A stretch of DNA of 63,745 nucleotides from Chloroflexota bacterium (GTDB lineage: Bacteria > Chloroflexota > Anaerolineae > Epilineales > SHYO01), in the NCBI GenBank assembly GCA_009692745.1, contig SHYO01000001.1, positions 1 to 63,745 of the forward strand. The letters run 5' to 3'. Positions 26,123 to 34,496 of this stretch are shown here, piece after piece. The notes beneath the pieces are model-generated. The model searched no databases and was not told where the DNA came from. It worked only from the letters and a program-made list of their open reading frames with translations. The position numbers and the translations under genes are program-made. Position 1 is the stretch's first letter. Each line of letters starts with the position of its first letter.

Positions 26123-27550
26123 TTACTGGGTGGGCCTGATTACCTCGCGGTACGCCTTGCGGAAACGGTCAAAGGCCAGCTTCCACTGCCCCTGGTTGTA
26201 GTGTTGTTGGGCGGCGGCGAATTCGGCTTCGGCGTTGTTCACCGGTTGGTTGGCCTGCAATTTCATCATATCGATGCTCGAGCGCACCGTGTCGCGCACC
26301 ACTTCCAGCAGGCCGCAACCTGGCGCCAGGGCGTCGCTGTTCGGGTTGCTATAGCCGGTGATGCAGACGGAACTGGGCAGCGCGAACAGCCCGACCGGGG
26401 AATCTGTCGGCGAGGCCAGGTTGGCTTCGATGTGGCCGCGCAGGTTCAGGTTGCGGAAGTTGAACAGGTTCGTATCGATATTGTTCGCCCGCACGGTGAG
26501 CAGGTCACCCAGGTCCATCAGGTCGGCGTGGATGATGCCGGTATTTTTGTAGGTAGCCTCCAGCTCGGCGTAGTTGATTTTCTTGTCACACCCCTGGTAA
26601 ATGCCTATGACTGCGTCTGCCGCCGCCGATACGGCTTTAGCGATGGTGTGGACCAAGCAGGCCGGCGCATTTGTGCCGCCGCCGACGATGGCGCAGGGCA
26701 CATACAGCAGAAGGCACAGGGAATCGGTCACATCGGTGGTGGTCTGGGCGATATTCTTCGCGATCAGCCCGGCCAATCCGACTCCGGCGGGGGTGCGCTC
26801 GTGGCCAAAGCGGCAGGTGACGCCCAGGCCGCTGTAATCCGGATTGGGGATCAGATCCACATCTTTGAGGTCCCCGGCGGCGTTGTTCTTCTCTTCCGCA
26901 TCCTTCAAGCTATCGTGGAGGATGGGCGCGGGGTTCGGTGTGGCGGTAGGTACCACATTGAAGTAATCCGGCTCTACCTTCGACTTGCCCGCTCGCGTAG
27001 CGAGACGCAACGCCTCTGCGGCCTGCAGCATATCTGGCCCGGGGGCCACCGTCTCCAGTTGGCCCGCTTTTTTAGCCTGCTCCTGGTAGGTCTTCAACAG
27101 GTGTACATTGTTTTTGAAGGTGGTGAAATTCGGGAAGGCGTGGTATAGGGCGTACACTTCCTCGGGGCTCAGGGAGAGGATGTTTTTTTGAGTTTGCAGA
27201 TACATATCATGGGAGAAACCGCCCCGCAGCAGGTTGCTGGTGGTCAAATCGTTGAGCAGTTCATCCAGGGTCTTGACCACAGCCAGAATCTCTTTGCGGT
27301 TGTTCTCCACGGCCTTGAGATCGGCTGCGGTGGGAGGCGCTATGCCCGGGGGATACACCATCCCGGGTGTGGGAGTGACCGCAGGGTCTTTAGCAGGGCC
27401 CACACCTGGCGTGGGGGTGCCGGTGACGGCAGCGGCGGCTAGAGCGCCCGGTGCGTTGCCGGTCGATGGGGCCCCCAGGCCCATAACTATAAAGGGCGCC
27501 ACCAGGAGCATCAAAGCTACCATAAAGACGGAGTTAAATTTGTTTAGCAT
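26123..27550 (-). CDS. Secreted Cys-rich protein of unknown family, paralog P1
   Basis: AGGAGG 8-9 nt before ATG 27550, signal peptide MLNKFNSVFMVALMLLVAPFIV and a Pro-rich linker. Shares the blocks PDYFxVVPT, ANNIDTNxFNFRNLxLR..IEANLAS, GCGLLEVVRDTV and GQWKLAxxRFRKAYRE with P2. Confidence 0.75.
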   Translation of the reverse strand: MLNKFNSVFMVALMLLVAPFIVMGLGAPSTGNAPGALAAAAVTGTPTPGVGPAKDPAVTPTPGMVYPPGIAPPTAADLKAVENNRKEILAVVKTLDELLNDLTTSNLLRGGFSHDMYLQTQKNILSLSPEEVYALYHAFPNFTTFKNNVHLLKTYQEQAKKAGQLETVAPGPDMLQAAEALRLATRAGKSKVEPDYFNVVPTATPNPAPILHDSLKDAEEKNNAAGDLKDVDLIPNPDYSGLGVTCRFGHERTPAGVGLAGLIAKNIAQTTTDVTDSLCLLLYVPCAIVGGGTNAPACLVHTIAKAVSAAADAVIGIYQGCDKKINYAELEATYKNTGIIHADLMDLGDLLTVRANNIDTNLFNFRNLNLRGHIEANLASPTDSPVGLFALPSSVCITGYSNPNSDALAPGCGLLEVVRDTVRSSIDMMKLQANQPVNNAEAEFAAAQQHYNQGQWKLAFDRFRKAYREVIRPTQ

Positions 27551-27631
27551 TCCGATTGTCCTCCTACGAATGCTCCATGTCGAGTGCTGGCGACGCTGAT
27601 CGTGAACCAAAACCCCTGGGTCCCCCGGTGG

Positions 27632-28966
27632 TTATTGAGCACGAACCGCCTCGCGGTAGGCTTTGCGGAACCGGGCGTAAGCCAGCTTCCACTGCCCTTT
27701 ATTGTACAGGTCCAACGCGGCCTGGTATTCGGTGCGCGCGTTGAATACATTCTGGTTGGCGCTTAGGCTCATCATATCAATGGTGCTTTGCACGGTGTCT
27801 CTGACCACCTCCAGCAGGCCGCAGCCGGCGGAAACGCCCTGATCGGTGGGGCTATAACCGGCGCCGTAGAGACAAATTGTGCCGGGCAAGCTGTAGAGCG
27901 CCATCGGATCGTCTTCATCGGAAGCCAGGTTCGCTTCGATACTAAGCCGCAGGTCCAGGTTGCGGAAGTTGAAAATGTTGGTGTCGATATTGTTGGCGCG
28001 GGAGATAAAGGCGCTGTTATAGTCGATCATGTCCGAATGGATAATCTTGGTATTGTCCAGGTTGGCCCTGATCCATGCTTCCGCGGTGAGATCCTGGCAA
28101 AGGATGAACCCGGCGGCCGTGGCCTTGAGTGCGTCGGCCGCGCCGTCCACAACGGCTTTGATGGGGCAAGTGATTATGCTGACATCGATGGTCCCGGGGA
28201 CCGGGCAGACAATGGCTTTGAGCTTGCATCCCAGTCCCAATCCGATAGAGACCAGAGAGAGGACGCCGGCCGCGATGCCAATGTCGTCGGGGATGCTCCA
28301 GTTATACAGGCGGGTGGGGCAGCCAATGCTGGTGGCATAGTCCGGCAGTTGTTCTTTGGACCCGCCGTTGATCTTGATGTCTCCGGCCTGGATGTTTTGC
28401 GCCTTGGCGTTCTGGTGGTCAATACCGGCGGTGGGCGGCACCGGCGTGGGCACGATGGTGAAATAGTCCGGCGATGGGCCGCCGCTGCGCGCCTGGGGCG
28501 AATCCTGCTGGGATTTTTCCGCCTGCGCCAGAATCTCCTGCAAGGCGGCGTTGCCATCGCGGAAAGCCTGGAACGCGGTGTGGTCCAGGTGGTGCACCAT
28601 GTTCGTCAGTTCCTCGGTGGTCATGTATTTAACGGTATACCGGTAATCCTCGGCGGCCGAAGGCTGGCCGCCCGCGGCGGTTATGGCCGCCGGCCCCAGC
28701 AGCTCTTGCACCGCAATGGCATTGTCGATCAGGTCCAGCATAAGGTGGCGCATTTCCTCCGGCGTTTGGGGATCGCCAGGAGCATTGGGCGCGAAGAGAG
28801 ATTGCGGATAGAGGCCGGGATTTATGGCCTGGGCTACTGATTGGCTGAATCCCAGAGTGGGGGCCAGCGTCCCGTTCCCATTGGGTGCGGCATAGTTTGC
28901 CGGCCCATTGGCGGCTATTGGTATTAGCAGCAATAGAGCCGAGAGGATGATTCCCAGCTTGCCCAT
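27632..28966 (-). CDS. Secreted Cys-rich protein of unknown family, paralog P2
   Basis: AGGAGG before ATG 28966, signal peptide MGKLGIILSALLLLIPIAA, 8 Cys, and the same conserved C-terminal blocks as P1. An 81-nt gap to P1 suggests an operon. Confidence 0.75.
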   Translation of the reverse strand: MGKLGIILSALLLLIPIAANGPANYAAPNGNGTLAPTLGFSQSVAQAINPGLYPQSLFAPNAPGDPQTPEEMRHLMLDLIDNAIAVQELLGPAAITAAGGQPSAAEDYRYTVKYMTTEELTNMVHHLDHTAFQAFRDGNAALQEILAQAEKSQQDSPQARSGGPSPDYFTIVPTPVPPTAGIDHQNAKAQNIQAGDIKINGGSKEQLPDYATSIGCPTRLYNWSIPDDIGIAAGVLSLVSIGLGLGCKLKAIVCPVPGTIDVSIITCPIKAVVDGAADALKATAAGFILCQDLTAEAWIRANLDNTKIIHSDMIDYNSAFISRANNIDTNIFNFRNLDLRLSIEANLASDEDDPMALYSLPGTICLYGAGYSPTDQGVSAGCGLLEVVRDTVQSTIDMMSLSANQNVFNARTEYQAALDLYNKGQWKLAYARFRKAYREAVRAQ

Positions 28967-29067
28967 ACTTTTTCCTCCTGAATGTAGTAAACCGGACTTA
29001 CCAGTGAGATATGCCCAACCCTCAGTTGGGCGTTAAGCCTGCAAGTGCCTGTGTCCGGGAACTCACC

Positions 29068-29083
29068 GCTGAGTACCCTCAGC
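29068..29083. promoter_or_regulatory. Single copy of the 16-bp palindrome GCTGAGTACCCTCAGC
   Basis: Exact match to the tandem-array unit core. It lies in the presumed leader of the P2-P1 operon. Confidence 0.6.
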
Positions 29084-29238
29084 ATGAGACTAACGTATTA
29101 GACCTTATCGGGATTAAGCAAGAGTGTGCCTGACGCATGTCGGCCCGGCCGCACAGTATTTCTATTTCCGATAATGTCTATTATACTCATATCTGAGAAG
29201 TAAATGAGAGATTTGATGAAATACCTTGGTTATGCATT

Positions 29239-29265
29239 AACGTGTAGATGCCCATAAAGATACGG
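29239..29265 (-). promoter_or_regulatory. CCGTATC-N16-CGTT motif copy D (ECF-type promoter candidate, minus strand)
   Basis: Minus strand reads ggCCGTATCtttatgggcatctacaCGTT, 273 nt upstream of P2 ATG 28966. Confidence 0.5.
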
Positions 29266-29313
29266 CCTGGCGCCGCATCAGGCAGAATTGATGCTTAATA
29301 ATCCGTTTTTTGC

Positions 29314-29340
29314 CCGTATCTTTAACCTGACCTTCACGTT
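29314..29340 (+). promoter_or_regulatory. CCGTATC-N16-CGTT motif copy A (ECF-type promoter candidate)
   Basis: gcCCGTATCtttaacctgaccttcaCGTT, 352 nt upstream of the Ig-repeat gene ATG. The flanking roughly 80 nt is also similar to the copy at 34141-34220. Confidence 0.5.
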
Positions 29341-29382
29341 CTAACCAAAAGGTTAAAATTCGATGAGAGTAGTTGGCGTGAT

Positions 29383-29423
29383 GCTGGCTGAGGGTACTCA
29401 GCTTGAGAGTACCCTCAGCCAGC
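29383..29423. repeat. 17-bp perfect inverted repeat with 7-nt spacer, built from the same palindrome motif
   Basis: gctggctgagggtactc-agcttga-gagtaccctcagccagc. Contains GCTGAGGGTACTCAGC, the reverse orientation of the unit. Confidence 0.85.
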
Positions 29424-29515
29424 ATACCATACCCGTGTGTGATGTCAAATCCATTCCCCTCAGCGTGATAGCTGGCCGGTCTACTACGCTGATATGTATT
29501 GCTGCGCCGTGCCCA

Positions 29516-29615
29516 CCAAGCTGAGTACCCTCAGCCCAAGCTGAGTACCCTCAGCCCAAGCTGAGTACCCTCAGCCCAAGCTGAGTACCCTCAGCCCAAG
29601 CTGAGTACCCTCAGC
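29516..29615. repeat. Perfect 5 x 20-bp tandem repeat, each unit carrying the palindrome GCTGAG-TACC-CTCAGC
   Basis: ccaagctgagtaccctcagc repeated five times without a mismatch. The array ends 76 nt upstream of ATG 29692. Confidence 0.95.
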
Positions 29616-29691
29616 CCGCAACGGCGGATCAGGAGTTGATGGACAAAGAGGCCAGGTTGGGCCAGGTAAGATTCTTCCCGAGGAGGTTCCT

Positions 29692-32600
29692 ATGATGTTC
29701 CTGCAGCGATCTGTAAAGCATGGTAAGCAACCCAGGCATAAGCTCACGGGTTTGGTTCCGGCTGGAGCCGCGGCCCTGGCCCGGCTCGCCGTCCTGGCCC
29801 TCTTGCTGACTCTCGGCCTGGCGCCGGTGAGCGCCGCGCCCGCTGGCCCCGATTTTCCTACCGGCCCGCTGGCAAATATTGCTACAACAACGACATTTTC
29901 TACACCATCGCCCGCCAGCCCTGCAACTAATTGTCAGCCTGTTTCTTTTCTCGTATCCGTTACCCGCAATGATACAACTGGAGCGGTGATTTCGGGGACC
30001 GTCTCCTTTACGGATAATTCCACCGCCATCAGCGGTTGTCAAAATTTGGCGCTAAACGGATCTGGCCAGGCGACCTGTAACGTTAGCGCATTGACAATCA
30101 GTGGATCACCGCATACGATTGCTGCCAATTATTCGGGCGCTCCTGCCGGCCCGGATACGTTGCAAGCATCCTCCAATAGCATAAATTATACAGTGAATAA
30201 GGCCACCACCACGATCACGGTGGTGGGCGCGCCCAACGCCTCGACCTACACGCAGAAGGTCACCTTCACCGCCACGGTCACCTCGGCCTGCGGCAATGTC
30301 ACGGGGGTGGTGTTCTTCAACGACAACGGCACGACTATCGGCACGGGGGCGGTCAATCCCGCCACCGGCATCGCCACGTTGGATACTACCGAGCTGGATG
30401 CGGGCACCCATAAGATCACGGTGGTTTACGGCGGGGATGAGGACCACTCGGCCAGTGACAACTACGCCTCGCCCTATTCTCAGGTGGTGAATAAGGCCAC
30501 CACGACGGTGGCCGTGACCAGCTCGGCCAACCCGTCGGTGTGGGGGCAGCCGGTAACCTTCCAGGCCACGGTCAGCACCGGGGCCAGCGCCGTGCCTTCG
30601 GGGGCGGTGATCTTCAAGGCTGACGGGATTTACATCGGCCAGGCCAACCTGAACGGTTCGGCCCAGGCCAGCTTCACCACGGCGGCCCTGGAGGTGGCGA
30701 ACCATCCGATCACCGCGGAATACGAGGGGGATCTGAACTTCTCCGGCAACACCGGCAATCTTTCCGGTGGCCAGACGGTGAATAAGGCCGACACCACCAC
30801 CACCGTCACGAGCGACAAGACGCCCACGGTGTATGGCGAGCAGATCACCTTCTTCATCACGATCTCGCCGGTACCGCCGGGGGCGGGAGCGCCGGGGGGA
30901 AATGTGTTGATCAAGGTGGACGGCAACGACCTGGTGACGGTGCCGGTGGGATTAGTTGGTACCGGCAAGGCGCAATTCCAGACCTCGCCCTTGGGGCCGA
31001 TCCCGGCCAGCGCCTCCGACCACAATATCACCGCATTCTACCAGGGGGATAGCCACTTCAACACCAGCGATAACAGCGCTACGCCTTACAAACAGCATGT
31101 GAACAAGGCGAACACGGCGACGCAGGTCATCAACGGCCTGACCACCTCGACGGTGGGGCAGCCGGTGAGCATCCTGGCGCAGGTGACCCCGGTAGCGCCG
31201 GGGTTTGGTACGCCCTCGGGTATGGTGGAGTTCCGCGACAACGGTAACCTGGTGGCCACAGTCCCCTTGGTCAATGGGCAGGTGAGCCAGGACATCACCT
31301 TCAGCACACCGGGGACGCATGTGGTCAACGCGAGCTACCTGGGGGACGCTAACTTCAATACCAGCAACGCCAACCAGGCGCCAGACCAGACGGTGACCAA
31401 GGCGGACACCACTGCGACGCTGACCAGCAGCGGGAACCCGTCGTTTGTAGGACAATTGATTACCTTCACGGTACAGGTGACTATCTCCGGCTCCTCGGCG
31501 GTGGCGTTTGTGCCGGGGGGGACGGTGGCATTCAACGATAATGGGATTCCGATAACGGGGTGCGGCAGCGTGCCATTGGTGGGAGGCACGGCGCAGTGCG
31601 CCACCTCGACGCTGACGGCCGGAGCGCACCCGGTGAAAGTAGTATACGGCGGGGATGCCAACTTCAACGGGACGACCTCAAACCAGGTAACACAGAACGT
31701 GAACAAGGGGAACACCACCACGACGGTGAGCAGTGTGCCGCCGGGCTCGGCAGTGCTGGGAGCGCCGGTGACCTTCACAGCAGTGGTGGCGCCCAGCAGC
31801 GGGACCGGTGTCCCCAGTGGGAACGTGAAATTCCTGGATGGGGGATCACCCATCGCCGGGTGTACCGCCCAGCCGTTGGCGGCCGGGCTGGCCACCTGTG
31901 TCATCTCGACGCTGGGGGCGGGGAACCACGCGATCACGGCGCAGTACCTGGGGGATACAAGCTACAATACCAGCGTCTCCAATCCGCCCTACCAGTTTAG
32001 CATCACGGCGGCGGGCAGCGCCACGGCGCTGGTAGGGAGCGCGAATCCGACCACCTATGGCCAGACAGTCTACTTCACGGCCACGGTAACGACGGGCAGC
32101 GGCACCCCCACCGGGCTGGTGACGTTCAAGGATGGGGCTGCCACTGTGGGCAGCGGTATCCTTGACGGTACCGGCAATGCCTATTTCTCCACCAACGCTC
32201 TGACGGTCGGCTTACATCCGATTTCGGCGGTCTACGGGGGAGACAACAACTTCGCCGGCAGCACCTCGAATACCATCAACCAACAGGTGAACCAGGCGAG
32301 CACCACCACTACGATCGCCAACTCGCCCAGCACGTCGGTCTTCGGCCAGGCGGTGCTCTTGACCGCGACGGTGACGATCAACCCGCCGGGGCTGGGTACG
32401 CCTACGGGACCGGTGACATTTACCGTAGGGGCGACTGTACTGGGGGTGGTAAACCTGAACGCTTTCGGCAAAGCTTTCCTGACGACGAGCACGATCCCGG
32501 TGGGCTTGAACCAGACGGTGACGGCTAGCTTCGGGGGGACTGCTAACCTGGCGGCGAGTAACGGCACGACCCTGCAGACGGTGAACGCGGCCAGCACCAC

Positions 32601-34008
32601 CACCACGGTGGTGGCAAATCCGAACCCTTCCCTGCCGGGGCTGGTGGTGACGTACACAGCCACGGTAGCGCCGGTGGCGCCGGGCGGGGGTACGCCGGTA
32701 GGGACGGTGAACTTCACGGAAGGCGGCAGTCTCTCCGGTTGCGGCGCCGTGCCGCTGGTGGCGGGTGTGGCGACGTGCAGCACCACATACGGAGCGGCCG
32801 GTTCGCACACGATCACGGCGACGTACACCCCTGGCAACGGCAACCACAATGGCAGCAACGGTCAGGTAATTGAGGACGTGAGCGACACCCCGGCGGACCT
32901 GTCGGTGAGCGTGACGGATGCGCCCGATCCGGTATTGGCGGGGCAGAATGTGACCTACACCATCCAGGTGGTGAATACGGGACCTGGGCAAAATGTGACC
33001 CTGGTGAATACGCTGCCGGCGGGGGGCACGTTTGTGTCGATCAGCGCGGGAGCATGGAGCTGTACCACCCCGGCAGTGGGCAGCGGCGGCGTGGTGCAGT
33101 GTACCCGGTCGCCTTTGGGCACGAACGCCAGCGAGAGCATCGTGGTGGTAGTGAATGTGCCCCTGTCGACGCCGGCCGGGTCGATCTTCACGGACCAGGT
33201 GCAGGTGAGCGGCAACCGGCCGGATACGGACCCGAGCAACAACACGGCCCTGGCCGAGACGACGGTGTACCGCTCGCCGCGCGGAGACTGTAACGCGGAC
33301 GGGGCGGTGAACCGCGGGGATATCTTCTCGATCGTGGCGAAGATCTTCGACACAAGCGTTCTGACGCCGGTGCCCAGCCCGTCGGCCTGCGATTCGAACC
33401 AGGACCGGCTGCTGGATGCGGGGGACCTGCCCTGCACGGCTTTGATCATGTTTAACGGGCCGGTAGCCTGCAGTGCAGCGAACCAGACGCGCGTACCCGA
33501 TGCGCTGTCGCTCTTCATGGGCACAGCCCTGGCGGGACCGGCTCTGAGTTTGCCGCAGCAGTTGACCCCGCATGGCAACGGGCAGGTGGCGGCGCCGGTG
33601 AGCTTCACCGGGAATGGGAAGCAGATCAGCGCGGTGGTGTTCGCGGTGGATTACGACGCGCAGCAGGTGAGCTTTGATGGCGCCGACCTGGACCACAACG
33701 GCATCCCGGATGCGATCAGCCTGAATGTGCCGGGAGATTTCATTGTCTCAGTGGAAACGGATCTGGCGCACCACCGGTTGAACATCTCGGTGGCGGACAT
33801 CTCCTCGCCATTGCGGGTATTGGCGGATGGGGCGCTGCTGACGATTGGGTTCCAGAGTCTCAACGCGAACCCCGCTGGAGCAGCCATCCCGGTGGCATTT
33901 AGCCAGCAGCCGCGGGCCTCCTTTGGGGACACGGCGGGTCACAGTGTGTTGGGCCAGGCGACCCCGGCCAGGATGCACCAGCTCTATCTACCTTTCGCCA
34001 GGCGATAA
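29692..34008 (+). CDS. Secreted Ig-like-repeat protein (1438 aa) with one DUF11 repeat, a dockerin-like module and a cohesin-like module
   Basis: GAGGAGG before the ATG and signal peptide LAVLALLLTLGLAPVSA. About ten repeats of roughly 100 aa of the type NKATTTxxV...VTFTATV...G.V.F.DNG...HxITAxYxGDxNF (bacterial Ig-like group 3). Then ADLSVSVTDAPDPVLAGQNVTYTIQVVNTGP. Confidence 0.85.
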   Translation: MMFLQRSVKHGKQPRHKLTGLVPAGAAALARLAVLALLLTLGLAPVSAAPAGPDFPTGPLANIATTTTFSTPSPASPATNCQPVSFLVSVTRNDTTGAVISGTVSFTDNSTAISGCQNLALNGSGQATCNVSALTISGSPHTIAANYSGAPAGPDTLQASSNSINYTVNKATTTITVVGAPNASTYTQKVTFTATVTSACGNVTGVVFFNDNGTTIGTGAVNPATGIATLDTTELDAGTHKITVVYGGDEDHSASDNYASPYSQVVNKATTTVAVTSSANPSVWGQPVTFQATVSTGASAVPSGAVIFKADGIYIGQANLNGSAQASFTTAALEVANHPITAEYEGDLNFSGNTGNLSGGQTVNKADTTTTVTSDKTPTVYGEQITFFITISPVPPGAGAPGGNVLIKVDGNDLVTVPVGLVGTGKAQFQTSPLGPIPASASDHNITAFYQGDSHFNTSDNSATPYKQHVNKANTATQVINGLTTSTVGQPVSILAQVTPVAPGFGTPSGMVEFRDNGNLVATVPLVNGQVSQDITFSTPGTHVVNASYLGDANFNTSNANQAPDQTVTKADTTATLTSSGNPSFVGQLITFTVQVTISGSSAVAFVPGGTVAFNDNGIPITGCGSVPLVGGTAQCATSTLTAGAHPVKVVYGGDANFNGTTSNQVTQNVNKGNTTTTVSSVPPGSAVLGAPVTFTAVVAPSSGTGVPSGNVKFLDGGSPIAGCTAQPLAAGLATCVISTLGAGNHAITAQYLGDTSYNTSVSNPPYQFSITAAGSATALVGSANPTTYGQTVYFTATVTTGSGTPTGLVTFKDGAATVGSGILDGTGNAYFSTNALTVGLHPISAVYGGDNNFAGSTSNTINQQVNQASTTTTIANSPSTSVFGQAVLLTATVTINPPGLGTPTGPVTFTVGATVLGVVNLNAFGKAFLTTSTIPVGLNQTVTASFGGTANLAASNGTTLQTVNAASTTTTVVANPNPSLPGLVVTYTATVAPVAPGGGTPVGTVNFTEGGSLSGCGAVPLVAGVATCSTTYGAAGSHTITATYTPGNGNHNGSNGQVIEDVSDTPADLSVSVTDAPDPVLAGQNVTYTIQVVNTGPGQNVTLVNTLPAGGTFVSISAGAWSCTTPAVGSGGVVQCTRSPLGTNASESIVVVVNVPLSTPAGSIFTDQVQVSGNRPDTDPSNNTALAETTVYRSPRGDCNADGAVNRGDIFSIVAKIFDTSVLTPVPSPSACDSNQDRLLDAGDLPCTALIMFNGPVACSAANQTRVPDALSLFMGTALAGPALSLPQQLTPHGNGQVAAPVSFTGNGKQISAVVFAVDYDAQQVSFDGADLDHNGIPDAISLNVPGDFIVSVETDLAHHRLNISVADISSPLRVLADGALLTIGFQSLNANPAGAAIPVAFSQQPRASFGDTAGHSVLGQATPARMHQLYLPFARR
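33283..33440 (+). other. Dockerin-like double Ca-binding loop module inside the Ig-repeat protein
   Basis: GDCNADGAVNRGDIFSIV ... CDSNQDRLLDAGDLPC. Two D-x-N/D-x-D-G/x...D loops about 35 aa apart. Confidence 0.5.
33541..33915 (+). other. Cohesin-like beta-sandwich module at the C-terminus of the Ig-repeat protein
   Basis: VAAPVSFTGNGKQISAVVFAVDYDAQQVSFDG...LLTIGFQSL resembles the cohesin pattern (v.v.v......i.g..f.l.YD...l). Confidence 0.45.
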
Positions 34009-34019
34009 GGTTGACATCG

Positions 34020-34050
34020 AGGCCCCGGCCTCTCCATAGAGGCGGGGCCT
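34020..34050 (+). terminator. Terminator-like hairpin after the Ig-repeat gene
   Basis: aggccccggcctct-ccat-agaggcggggcct, a 13-bp stem with one bulge and no clear U-tract. Confidence 0.4.
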
Positions 34051-34150
34051 TGGTCAAGATCTGTACCATACATTGAATATATCGGAAAACTTTGAGATGT
34101 AGTTTGCGCTATTATCAGGCCATTTTGAGGATGTAGATCTCGATTTTTAG

Positions 34151-34177
34151 CCGTATCTTTAACCAGACCTTCACGTT
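34151..34177 (+). promoter_or_regulatory. CCGTATC-N16-CGTT motif copy B (ECF-type promoter candidate)
   Basis: agCCGTATCtttaaccagaccttcaCGTT, 320 nt upstream of giant gene B ATG 34497. Confidence 0.5.
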
Positions 34178-34496
34178 TTTACAGGGAGATTAAAACTAGA
34201 TAAGAGCGGTTGGTATGTACTGCATCACAACCGATCCTCACAATGTGTTTTTGGACACATTTCTGACGGTTCTTACCTCGGTGATAATCCGCCCATCCTT
34301 AAGATGATAAATAATCACTACTGCGCTGCCAGCCCATCAGGCAGCCATCCGGTAAAAATGATTGTGACATATTCTTTGCTCTCTCCTGGATTTCAGAAAT
34401 ATGCCAAACGGTTCTGACCGCAAGATCGTAGCCGTTAGAGAGCCGAGAGAGTGCCAAACCAAGTATTAAAGAAGTTGCCAGGGAGGATATTCGAAG

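Noticed and set aside
29016-29036. Short hairpin CCCAACCCTCAGTTGGG, resembling CCGAACCCCTAGTTGGG at 44170-44190
   Set aside because: Only two imperfect short copies in different contexts. This is too little to separate from chance.
29516-29615. Possible CRISPR array, because of the short regularly spaced palindromic repeats
   Set aside because: The units are directly adjacent 20-mers with no unique spacers, and no cas genes are present. This is a simple tandem repeat.
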